Positions 1 through 8,837 of a stretch of 32,000 bases of DNA are shown in pieces (position 1 is the first letter of the stretch; each line of letters starts with the position of its first letter). This DNA comes from Candidatus Kuenenia stuttgartensis (GTDB lineage Bacteria > Planctomycetota > Brocadiia > Brocadiales > Brocadiaceae): the NCBI RefSeq assembly GCF_900232105.1, contig NZ_LT934425.1:1-32000 (forward strand). The letters run 5' to 3'. The notes beneath the pieces are model-generated. The model had not been told where the DNA came from. It ran no database searches and saw only the letters and a list, made by a program, of their open reading frames with translations. Made by a program: the position numbers and the translations under genes.

Positions 1-598
1 TGTGATTCCTAATTTTTTGTTGTTTGTTTTGGTTGGATTGTGAATACGCAATCGTACGCGAAGGATTGAGATAGTATCAGAAGAGTTTTTACGTGTCAAA
101 AAAAAACCGGTGCTTTTTTTTACCCAAAATTTTTGGCATACCACTGAAACGAATGCAACCCTTGCAGGTATCACATAGTTAAAAAAATCGGCCGCTTCTT
201 CAAAAAGATGAAAATAATTTTTTTTCTCTCACCTCCCCGCCACATTTTTTTACCGCCGTTGTATTTGAGGTTCCATAAGTCGTATCAGTACATCATATTA
301 CCGCTGCTTTGCCTTCGCGATATACATTTACCCCCCAAAGTCGCTCATCAAATTATCCTGCGCACAGTTCCTGTTCTCTACCCTCTCAAACCGGGAAATT
401 GATTGTGGATAATATGTCAGTAGCTTTCCTCACCCTTTGTATGGTTTCTTCTCGTTAATACCTTATTTGTAAGACAATACACCCCTTATTATCTCTCATA
501 CAATTACCTCTCCAAATGTGTTTATTGCATGTGCATTGTTTTGTAAATAAGTTTAAATGTTTTACTCTTCCATTTGCCTTTTTATTCTTTTTCTCCTA

Positions 599-709
599 AC
601 TCGAAAATAAGATTACAAAAAATAGCTCAAGCACAGGTACCGCAATATGATATGGCTATAAAACCATTTTCATCGTTTCTGGGTGTTGTAAATGCAACAT
701 GATGACTAA
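599..709. repeat. Dispersed repeat copy 1 (~110 nt) with terminal hairpin TGTTGT-AAAT-GCAACA (684-699)
   Basis: Aligns without gaps to 1130-1240 with about 19 mismatches in 109 nt by eye; begins ACTCG(A/G)AA and ends GCAACATGATGACT. Confidence 0.85.
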
Positions 710-802
710 TGGCTGGTGATTTATTTTATCATTACAAGCGGAAGTGGATTAGAAATCCGATGCTCTATCCATCATACCAATACCACATGCTTGTCATTAC
801 AA

Positions 803-1071
803 GGTATCAGCTTGACATTGTAAGGGACCTCTCCGCTTGTCATTGCGAGGGTCTTTTCCGAAACAATCTCATAAACCGTCATAGAGATCCTTCCATCCTG
901 TATTCATTCCATTAATTATTCTATTTTTTTAGCCCTTGAGCCACCCTTAATTTGCTTCTCCCGCGATATGGCGTTTCTTACGTCACGAAATACTCGTAGT
1001 ATACTGATTGCTTCGGAAAAGACCCTCGCAATGACAAGCGGAGAGGCCCCTTACAATGACAAGCTGATACC
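803..1071. repeat. Long inverted repeat; arms 803-862 and 1012-1071
   Basis: Left arm GGTATCAGCTTGACATTG...GGGTCTTTTCCGAA is the reverse complement of the right arm with 2 mismatches in 60 nt; interior about 149 nt. Confidence 0.9.
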
Positions 1072-1129
1072 TTTTGGATGGCCCTATACATTTGAACCGG
1101 TACAGAAACAAAAATGCCAAACATTTCCG

Positions 1130-1240
1130 ACTCGGAAGTAAGACTACAAAAAATAGTTTAAGTACAGATACTACAACATGATATGGTTATAAAACAAATT
1201 TGATCGTTTCCAGGTGTTGCTAACGCAACATGATGACTGG
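1130..1240. repeat. Dispersed repeat copy 2 with terminal hairpin TGTTGC-TAAC-GCAACA (1215-1230)
   Basis: Ungapped similarity to 599-709. Confidence 0.85.
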
Positions 1241-1261
1241 CTCGAAAATACCGTCGACTGT

Positions 1262-1321
1262 CTAAAAATTAAACATTTTCATCGTTTTAGGGTGTCGCAC
1301 TTGCGACATGACGACCGATAT
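1262..1321. repeat. Dispersed repeat copy 3 (shorter) with hairpin TGTCGC-ACTT-GCGACA (1293-1308)
   Basis: Shares CATTTTCATCGTTT..GGGTGT...GACATGACGAC with copies 1 and 2. Confidence 0.75.
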
Positions 1322-1796
1322 ACACATTCATTACTCATTGCTGCTAAAATGAGTTTGTTTCCCCGTATCGTTACAATACGTCATAATGAATAATGACACT
1401 TGCACTTGTATTTGATCTTTGCTAGACTTTTCACACCTATAACTAGTTTGCAGGTCTTTGTATAAAGAATTCATGCTGCCTTTGTTGCTTTTTTTCTCCA
1501 AATAACCCGCAATATTAAAAAAAACCGACCTGCAAAAACAATTAACGTCGATTTGTTTTTTATCTTATCAGTACCTTATCAGTAATTTCTTTGCACACTT
1601 CCATTCGTCAGTGCGTGCTTTTTGACAAAATATTTAATGCTGGAATCCGAATATTTAATTTTTTAATCTGTGCAATCTCTGGTTCCGCCTTTTGTTTTGC
1701 TTATTTTGTATTTCGTGCATATTTGGTTCTAGCTATGCCTGCTTAAGAATAAATACCCCATACAACCTCCCTTTAACAATTCACAGGTGAATATTA

Positions 1797-2669
1797 TTGC
1801 AGATAACAAGCTCTTTAGACGAAATCAGGTCGATAGTAAAAGCGGCAAAGAAAAATAATTTGCTCATTGGTTTTGTACCTACAATGGGCGCTTTACATGA
1901 AGGCCATTTGAGTCTGATAAGACAGGCAAGGACGGAAAATGATACCGTGGTTGTGAGTATTTTCATCAATCCCATACAGTTCGGGAAAAATGAAGATTTT
2001 GCTCAATACCCACGGATGTTTGACACTGATTGCGAGCTCCTTTCAAAAGAGGGTGTGAATGTTGTGTTTAACCCAAAAGCGTCGGAAATGTATCCTGACG
2101 GATTCTGTACAACAGTTGTTCCAGAGCATTTAGAGGACAAACTGTGCGGTAAATCGCGTCCCGGACATTTCAGAGGCGTTGCCACTGTTGTCCTGAAATT
2201 ATTTAATCTCATACAACCCGACAGTGCCTACTTCGGTCAAAAAGACTTCCAACAAACAGTTGTTATCAGTAGAATGGCTGCCGATTTAAATTTAGATGTC
2301 AATATAAAAGTACTTCCAACAGTGCGGGACAAGGAAGAATTGGCGCTAAGTTCACGAAATGCCTATCTCAGCGAGACAGAAAAGAAAGACGCACGGTGTT
2401 TGTATCAGGCGCTGATAAAGGCAAAGGATATGGTGAATGCAGGCGAAAATAATGCCGGAGAAATTAAATTGGAAATGGAAAAGGTTATTAATAATTGTAA
2501 ATCAGCCCGGATAGATTATCTTTCAATAGTCAATCCCGAAACACTTGAGGCAGTGACGGAAGTGAGAAATGGAAACGTTGTCGCCCTGGCAGTCATGATT
2601 GGTAAGACACGCCTGATTGATAACATAATTCTGATGGTTTTGATTGTTTGTTTAATTACTTTGGCCTGA
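1797..2669 (+). CDS. panC: Pantoate--beta-alanine ligase (pantothenate synthetase)
   Basis: FVPTMGALHEGHLSLIRQAR, INPIQFGKNEDFAQYPR, KLCGKSRPGHFRGVATVVLKLFN, AYFGQKDFQQ, KTRLIDNI motifs. TTG start at 1797 preceded by AGGTGA. Confidence 0.97.
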   Translation: MQITSSLDEIRSIVKAAKKNNLLIGFVPTMGALHEGHLSLIRQARTENDTVVVSIFINPIQFGKNEDFAQYPRMFDTDCELLSKEGVNVVFNPKASEMYPDGFCTTVVPEHLEDKLCGKSRPGHFRGVATVVLKLFNLIQPDSAYFGQKDFQQTVVISRMAADLNLDVNIKVLPTVRDKEELALSSRNAYLSETEKKDARCLYQALIKAKDMVNAGENNAGEIKLEMEKVINNCKSARIDYLSIVNPETLEAVTEVRNGNVVALAVMIGKTRLIDNIILMVLIVCLITLA

Positions 2670-2731
2670 TGCTTTGACAAGCTCAGCACTAGTTTTATTG
2701 GCTAATTGGCTTTTATAATGGTTGGTGATTT

Positions 2732-3976
2732 GTGAATAAGTTGTTTTATCAGATACCTGAAATCTCTAATACTTTATTTGGTAGTGATGTTAAACTGCTG
2801 CCTTCTGTTGATGAATTGTTTGAACTGGAATTAGCCAATTTAGAATATAATCTTTTGAGTAAAGACGAATTAATAGAGCGAAGCGCCTTTTTTCAATCTG
2901 TGAATGGACGCTTAACTAAACATTTTCAACTTTATTCGGTGCAATCATCGGCGCTTTCTGAAGATCGATCTGTACAAACAAAAAGTTATTTCGAAAATGG
3001 CCAGTTTTCAACTGGTTATGCAACTCATGGACTTTTTCCTTATCGTGGTAAATTTCATCCTCAATTAATTAAAGGGTTGATAAATATTCTTGGCATTAAA
3101 AAAGGCGAATTTATTCTTGATCCAATGTGTGGAAGTGGAACCGCTAATATCGAAGCAGCTTTAATGGGAATTAATTCTTATGCGGTTGACCAGAGTCCAT
3201 TTTGCCAATTTATGACAAAGACAAAATTTGAGGCATTGACAATTAATGTCGATTTATTGAATGGACTTTTTCCGCAAGTAAAAAAAATATTTGATTTTTT
3301 TAGTGTTAAAGATATTTCAGTTCAATTAAAAAAAATAAAAGATGCGGATAAATTAAAGATATATAATTTAGCTTTACTTGCCTTTTTAGATGCTATGGGT
3401 TATTCGATGAGGGTTTCTAAATCCAGTCACGAACAGTTATTCGAAAGAGTATTACATCGATATATAAAAACATTGTTCGATTTTTCATGCAACCCCTTTT
3501 ACAAAAAAGACGAAATTGGATTAGTAAACGTTTTAAATAATTCAAGTGCTTTAAAACTGGAATTGAATGATGGTTCTATTGATGGAGTTATTACTTCGCC
3601 ACCATATTCATTTGCCATAGATTATGTAAAAAACGATGAGGTTCAGTTAAATTATTTGGGATGTGATACAGACACACTTAAATCAAAAATGATTGGGCTA
3701 ATTGGAAAAAATAAAACTGCGCGTTTGGATAACTATTTTCGTGATATGGAAAGCGTTTGTGCTGAAATTTCCCGTGTATTAAAAAAGGGGAAATTTTTCA
3801 TAATGATTATAGGCTCGAATACGAACCAAACTGGAGGTATTCGGTTGGAAAATAAAATTATCGAATCTTGTAAAAAATTTAGGTTAAATTTAGTTAAAAG
3901 TGTTTTGAAACCTATCAAGGGTATGCGCAATACAATGAAAGACGAATATATCTTATTTTTTGAGAAAACTATTTAA
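2732..3976 (+). CDS. DNA methyltransferase, SAM motif I (DPMCGSGT) before catalytic TSPPY motif (likely N4-cytosine or N6-adenine)
   Basis: FILDPMCGSGTANIEAALMG and VITSPPYSFAIDYVKNDEVQLNYLG; first gene of a compact R-M-like operon. Confidence 0.85.
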   Translation: MNKLFYQIPEISNTLFGSDVKLLPSVDELFELELANLEYNLLSKDELIERSAFFQSVNGRLTKHFQLYSVQSSALSEDRSVQTKSYFENGQFSTGYATHGLFPYRGKFHPQLIKGLINILGIKKGEFILDPMCGSGTANIEAALMGINSYAVDQSPFCQFMTKTKFEALTINVDLLNGLFPQVKKIFDFFSVKDISVQLKKIKDADKLKIYNLALLAFLDAMGYSMRVSKSSHEQLFERVLHRYIKTLFDFSCNPFYKKDEIGLVNVLNNSSALKLELNDGSIDGVITSPPYSFAIDYVKNDEVQLNYLGCDTDTLKSKMIGLIGKNKTARLDNYFRDMESVCAEISRVLKKGKFFIMIIGSNTNQTGGIRLENKIIESCKKFRLNLVKSVLKPIKGMRNTMKDEYILFFEKTI

Positions 3977-4964
3977 ACCACAATACCTTATGAAATCAGT
4001 TGATGAAAAATGCCAAATTGTTATTAAAAAGAACACCTTTTATTTTTTTAATCCCATTTTTGAAGAAAAATATGAAAGTTATTTAAACTCCATCAAAGAA
4101 ACACTGCTTGTGTTGAAAAATGAAATAGAAAACGAAGGCCTGAAAAAGGTTCAGTTTGAGCGTCTTATTGGTGAGAAAGAAAATGGTTTGAGGGCGCTAC
4201 TTGCCTTAACGGGTTTCTCAAATGAATACCTGAAACGATTAACAACAGTTATCCGCGTGGTTAATAATCCTGAACTCTCAAGGCTTGTCTCTAAAGATAA
4301 GTGGTGTGAAAATGAACCTGTAGAAACAATCAAAGAATGGTCAGATGAAAAAATTCAAAAAATGCTTACCACAAATGAATATTTCCGAAAAGGAATCGTC
4401 AATATCTTCTTTGAAGGGTCAACCATCCCGTTTTTGTCAAATACCATTCCTCTTTTTGAGTTAAAAAAACTCAGTATTTCAAAATTAAAATTTGATGTTC
4501 CTTCAATGATAGATACACTGATCAGATATAAAGAGAAAGGATCGTATTCCGGTATGAAGGAAAAGAATCCAGAAACTTTAATAGAAACTTTATTGAACAA
4601 TTTAAATATTCTTTTTGAAAAAGGTGATTTGAGCGAACTTATTGAAAACGCCCATTCAACTAAAAGAACAATGGATTTTATTATACCCAGCAAAAAAAAT
4701 CCAAGAATCATAGTTGAGAGTTCATTTTTAGTCACAACATCTTCTGGACAAGGCGATAAATCCAAAACGGAAATATCAATTGATTTGCTTATCAAGGAAC
4801 ATTATCCACAAGCAAAGTTTATAGGATTTATAGATGGAATTGGTTGGTATGTTCGCAAGGGTGATTTAAAAAGAATGGTAGCAGCATATGAAGATGTCTT
4901 TACTTTTCATAAAGATGAATTGGCAAGATTTGAGAAACTTATAGAGGAAACATTTGGGAAATGA
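3960..4964 (+). CDS. Putative type II restriction endonuclease, PD-(D/E)xK, DpnII-like C-terminus
   Basis: C-terminal pattern RIIVESSFLVTTSSGQGDKSKTEISIDLLIKEHYPQAKFIGFIDGIGWYVRKGDLKRMVAAYEDVFTF; located directly after a methyltransferase. TTG start at 3960 overlaps the upstream gene; ATG at 3990 (MKSVDEK) is an alternative. Confidence 0.65.
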   Translation: MRKLFKPQYLMKSVDEKCQIVIKKNTFYFFNPIFEEKYESYLNSIKETLLVLKNEIENEGLKKVQFERLIGEKENGLRALLALTGFSNEYLKRLTTVIRVVNNPELSRLVSKDKWCENEPVETIKEWSDEKIQKMLTTNEYFRKGIVNIFFEGSTIPFLSNTIPLFELKKLSISKLKFDVPSMIDTLIRYKEKGSYSGMKEKNPETLIETLLNNLNILFEKGDLSELIENAHSTKRTMDFIIPSKKNPRIIVESSFLVTTSSGQGDKSKTEISIDLLIKEHYPQAKFIGFIDGIGWYVRKGDLKRMVAAYEDVFTFHKDELARFEKLIEETFGK

Positions 4965-6634
4965 GTAAAATAGATTTTCAAATAAAAGGTATTGGTGCTT
5001 TAATAAAGGAACATCAATTTAGTGTGCCAAATTATCAAAGAGCTTACAAGTGGGAAGACGAGCACATTAAATCATTGTTTTCGGATTTGTCAAAAGCCAT
5101 TGACAATAATGAGAGTGAATATTTTTTGGGAACTGTAGTTTTATCACAGAAAGAAGGCTCCAAAGAATTAGAAATAGTTGATGGACAACAAAGAATTACT
5201 ACAATAGCTATTTTTTTGTCAGCTATAAGAAATTATTTTTTCAATAATGGCAAATCACAATCCGCCAATTCTATTCAAACTGATTTTATTAGCAATTATG
5301 ACACTAGGAACGAAGAAAATGTTGCCAAGCTAAAACTAGGGAATCAAGACAGAACATTTTTTCAAAAATATATTGTAGATAATATAGATGAAAAGCCAAC
5401 AAAAGGCTCGCATTTTAGAATAGTTACAGCAAAGGATGAATCGACAAAAAAAGTAAAAACTTTATCTGCATTGTCAGAAACTCAAGTGCACAATTGGAAA
5501 GATTTTATTTTGGATAAACTGAAAGTTGTATCCATTATAGTTCCAGGCGAATCAAATGCTTTTACACTCTTTGAAACATTAAATGACAGAGGGTTAGTTT
5601 TGGCGCAAACCGACTTACTTAAAAATTATCTTTTTAGCAGAGCAGGTGATTACTTTGATGAAGTTCAATTTATGTGGATAGAAATGACTGCTAAAATTGA
5701 AGACGCGCTGGGAGAATCCTCAATACTTATTTATATTAAACATTTTTGGTCGTCAAGAAATGGACTGACAAGACCGGAAAATAAACAACTGTATAAATCA
5801 ATTAGCGATTCAAAGAAATCACCAACGGATGTCAGAGATTTTGTCAAAGAGCTTAACGATGATACTAAATTGTATATAGCAATAAACAATCACAAAGATA
5901 ATTATTGGAAAGAGCACACTGAGCATAGCAAAAACTATATTGAAACCCTTAATTACTTAGAATTGGAACCATATAAACCATTAGTGTTATCAATTTTAAA
6001 AAGATTTGATGACAAAAAAGAAGTGGAGAAATCTTTGAAATTAATTGTTAGTTGGGTTGTAAGAAATTTAATTACTGGTTCTTTAAGAGGTGGAACCCTA
6101 GAAAGTGAATACGCAGAAAAAGCTAAAAACATATACAATAATACAATCAAAACTGCTAAAGAATTCCGTGATAAATTAAAGGTTATTCCTTCCGACTCAG
6201 AATTCAAAGAAAGATTATTGACAATTACTTTGAGCAAAGAAAAATTTGCGAGGTATTATTTGAGAGCTATTGAAAATCAATATAAAGGAAATGGCAATCC
6301 AGAGTGCATAGTAAATAGCGACCCAAACGTTGTTGACTTGGAACATATTTTACCAAAGAAACCAAAACAAGGTGAATGGCCGAACTTTACTTCTGAAGAA
6401 GTGGATGAATATTCAAATAGATTGGGAAATCTTACGGTTATGAGTAAAAAAGATAATAGCAACCAAAAAAATGAATCTTTTAAGAAGAAGAAAGAAAATT
6501 ATAAAAAGTCCGAAATTAAAATTACGAATGAAATAGAAAAGAATTTCACAGAATGGAATAAAGATACCATAATAAACAGACAAGCTTTTCTTGCAGAAAT
6601 TGCTGTGAAAACTTGGAATCTTAGATTGGATTAA
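4961..6634 (+). CDS. DUF262 + DUF1524 (HNH) protein, GmrSD/ParB-like nuclease family
   Basis: N-term FSVPNYQRAYKWEDEHIKSLFSDL, YFLGTVVL, ELEIVDGQQRITT; C-term VDLEHILPKKP...NRLGNLTVMSKKDNSNQKNESFKKKK. Start overlaps the upstream stop by 4 nt (ATGA). Confidence 0.9.
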   Translation: MSKIDFQIKGIGALIKEHQFSVPNYQRAYKWEDEHIKSLFSDLSKAIDNNESEYFLGTVVLSQKEGSKELEIVDGQQRITTIAIFLSAIRNYFFNNGKSQSANSIQTDFISNYDTRNEENVAKLKLGNQDRTFFQKYIVDNIDEKPTKGSHFRIVTAKDESTKKVKTLSALSETQVHNWKDFILDKLKVVSIIVPGESNAFTLFETLNDRGLVLAQTDLLKNYLFSRAGDYFDEVQFMWIEMTAKIEDALGESSILIYIKHFWSSRNGLTRPENKQLYKSISDSKKSPTDVRDFVKELNDDTKLYIAINNHKDNYWKEHTEHSKNYIETLNYLELEPYKPLVLSILKRFDDKKEVEKSLKLIVSWVVRNLITGSLRGGTLESEYAEKAKNIYNNTIKTAKEFRDKLKVIPSDSEFKERLLTITLSKEKFARYYLRAIENQYKGNGNPECIVNSDPNVVDLEHILPKKPKQGEWPNFTSEEVDEYSNRLGNLTVMSKKDNSNQKNESFKKKKENYKKSEIKITNEIEKNFTEWNKDTIINRQAFLAEIAVKTWNLRLD

Positions 6635-6635
6635 A

Positions 6636-7622
6636 ATGATTGAAAAATATCTAAATAAAGTAACGCAAGGTGATTGCCTTGACTTATTAAAAGAAATTCC
6701 AGACAACTATATTGACATTGCTTTTGCTGATCCACCATTTAACCTAAAAAAGAAATATAATGGTTACAAAGATAGCCTTGAATTTCAAGATTATCTGAAC
6801 TGGTGTGAAAAATGGATTAGTGAAATGGTACGGGTTACAAAACCTACTGGCTCAATTTTTGTGCATAATATCCCAAAATGGCTAACATATTACGCGGCTT
6901 TTCTTAATAAATTAACAGACTTCAAACATTGGATTTCGTGGGATGCTTCATCAGGTCCTATGGGAAAAACACTTCAACCATCTCACTATGGGATTCTGTA
7001 TTATGCAAAGGATGCAAAGCAAAACAAGTTTTACGAAATCCGCTATCCGCATAAACGTTGCAGAAAATGTAAATATTTGCTAAAGGATTACGGTGGGAAA
7101 AAAGCCGGACTTCATCCTTTTGGGCCACTTATTTCTGATGTTTGGACAGATATTCATAGAATAAAGCACAATAAATATAGAGACGAACATCCATGCCAAC
7201 TTCCAATTCATTTATTAGAACGGATTATTTTGATGTCAACTGACGAGGGCGATATTGTTCTCGACCCTTTCGTTGGAACCGGGACAACAGTAGTAGCTGC
7301 AAAGCGCATAGGAAGGAGTTATATTGGTTTTGATATAGATGAAAAATATATTAAAAATGCGCAGTTTAAATTATTAAGAGAAAATCCAAACTCAAAAATT
7401 GGAAATATCTGGGTAAGCTGGTTTTTAGATGGCTTAACAACAATCAGGGACAAAGATTGGGAAGAACTCTCTCAAAATTACTTTATACCGGAACCCCGTA
7501 ATGAGATTGATAGTACAGTAATTAAATTTATAAGAACAAAGGAAATTAGTTCAAAAAGTAAAAATAAGTTGAATAAGAGATATAAAATTATGACAAAAAG
7601 AGAAAAGCTGTTTTTACGATAG
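6636..7622 (+). CDS. DNA methyltransferase, beta-class order (DPPF first, motif I DPFVGTGTT last), N6-adenine or N4-cytosine
   Basis: IDIAFADPPFNLKKKYNG and GDIVLDPFVGTGTTVVAAKRIGRSYIGFDIDEKYI; starts 2 nt after the previous stop codon begins its last base (TAA-A-ATG). Confidence 0.93.
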   Translation: MIEKYLNKVTQGDCLDLLKEIPDNYIDIAFADPPFNLKKKYNGYKDSLEFQDYLNWCEKWISEMVRVTKPTGSIFVHNIPKWLTYYAAFLNKLTDFKHWISWDASSGPMGKTLQPSHYGILYYAKDAKQNKFYEIRYPHKRCRKCKYLLKDYGGKKAGLHPFGPLISDVWTDIHRIKHNKYRDEHPCQLPIHLLERIILMSTDEGDIVLDPFVGTGTTVVAAKRIGRSYIGFDIDEKYIKNAQFKLLRENPNSKIGNIWVSWFLDGLTTIRDKDWEELSQNYFIPEPRNEIDSTVIKFIRTKEISSKSKNKLNKRYKIMTKREKLFLR

Positions 7623-7680
7623 ACTCTGTTTATTAGATTATGTACAAATTTAGATTATTCATATTATTAAGAAAATTATT

Positions 7681-8811
7681 ATGATGTCAAAAGATTTTGA
7701 TTGCCGTTTTTTTGCCTCCGAGAAACCATGCAGGTTTAAACTTGATTGTCCCATTGATTCAAGCTGTGCAAAATACGCCTCAATGGGGAAAAGGATTTTG
7801 ATTATAAAATTAGCGGCCATCGGTGATGTATTAAGAACTACGCCGATTCTTCCTGTTTTGAAAGAAAAATATCCATCATCTCATATTACATGGATAACAG
7901 ATGGTTCCTCACTGCCTGTGCTGGAAGATAATCCCTTTATCGATCGTTTATTATTCGTTACTCTTGAAAATACCCTGCGTCTACAAGTTGAAATATTTGA
8001 TTTACTGATATGTCTTGACAAAGATGCGACTGCCACCAGCCTTGCTGCAATGGTCAAGGCCGACGTCAAACTTGGTTTCGCCCTCTCCGGTACAGGACAC
8101 ATTTATTCCTTGAACAAGGAAGCAAATCATTTGCTGCGATTGGGTGTTTCTGACGAACTAAAGTTCCGGCAAAACACAAAGACCTACCAGCAACTTATAT
8201 TTGAAGCACTCGGGTTTATTGAAAACTACGGAGAGTATATTATCACTCTCCCCGATAAATATAATATGTACGCCAGAAATTATTTAAGCAATTTTAATAT
8301 TGATCCTGGGAAATTACTTATCGGCCTGAACACCGGAGCTGGAAAAAGATTCGCCACAAAACGATGGGAAATCCAAAGTTTTGTTGAACTCGCAGACAAA
8401 TTGCAAAATGACCTAGATGCTCAAATATTACTTTTAGGCGGGCCTGAAGAAGTGGAAAGAAATCAGGAAATCGCCTCCGGAACCACATCGAACGTTATTG
8501 ACAGCGGTTGCCATCACAACCTGAAAGAATTTATGGGATTGATCAATCAATGTCATCTCATCGTTACCGGAGATACCCTTGCCCTGCACTTATCTATTGC
8601 ATTAAGAAAATGCACTGTCACATTCTTTGGCTCTACCTGTTATCAGGAAATCGACCTTTATGGCAGAGGGAAATCGCTGGTCGCCCATGTTGAGTGCTCT
8701 CCTTGTTACAAAGGAAACTGCGATAACATGATATGCATGAAAAAGATAAGCGCTAACGATGTGTTTCATGCATGCCGTGAGGTTTTGGCGAATCATGCCA
8801 TAGCCGTGTAG
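7681..8811 (+). CDS. Glycosyltransferase family 9 (heptosyltransferase-like) with Cys-rich N-terminal extension
   Basis: RILIIKLAAIGDVLRTTPILPVLKEKYPSSHITWIT, LNTGAGKRFATKRWEIQSFVELADKL, GDTLALHLSIALRK; N-terminus CRFF..PCRFKLDCPIDSSC. Confidence 0.85.
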   Translation: MMSKDFDCRFFASEKPCRFKLDCPIDSSCAKYASMGKRILIIKLAAIGDVLRTTPILPVLKEKYPSSHITWITDGSSLPVLEDNPFIDRLLFVTLENTLRLQVEIFDLLICLDKDATATSLAAMVKADVKLGFALSGTGHIYSLNKEANHLLRLGVSDELKFRQNTKTYQQLIFEALGFIENYGEYIITLPDKYNMYARNYLSNFNIDPGKLLIGLNTGAGKRFATKRWEIQSFVELADKLQNDLDAQILLLGGPEEVERNQEIASGTTSNVIDSGCHHNLKEFMGLINQCHLIVTGDTLALHLSIALRKCTVTFFGSTCYQEIDLYGRGKSLVAHVECSPCYKGNCDNMICMKKISANDVFHACREVLANHAIAV

Positions 8812-8837
8812 GGACGAAGCATCTGCTCCTACTATTA

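Noticed and set aside
208-402. ORF MKIIFFLSPPRHIFLPPL...
   Set aside because: Short, low-complexity, no RBS or family motif, inside a repeat-rich non-coding region.
709-915. 68-aa ORF MAGDLFYHYKRKW...
   Set aside because: Runs across the left arm of the 803-1071 inverted repeat; composition looks incidental.
2003-2212. Minus-strand ORF inside panC
   Set aside because: Antisense shadow of a conserved gene.
4355-4795. 146-aa minus-strand ORF inside the restriction endonuclease candidate
   Set aside because: Antisense to a coherent operon gene; no motif.
5953-6237. Minus-strand ORF inside the DUF262 gene
   Set aside because: Antisense shadow of a gene with clear conserved motifs.
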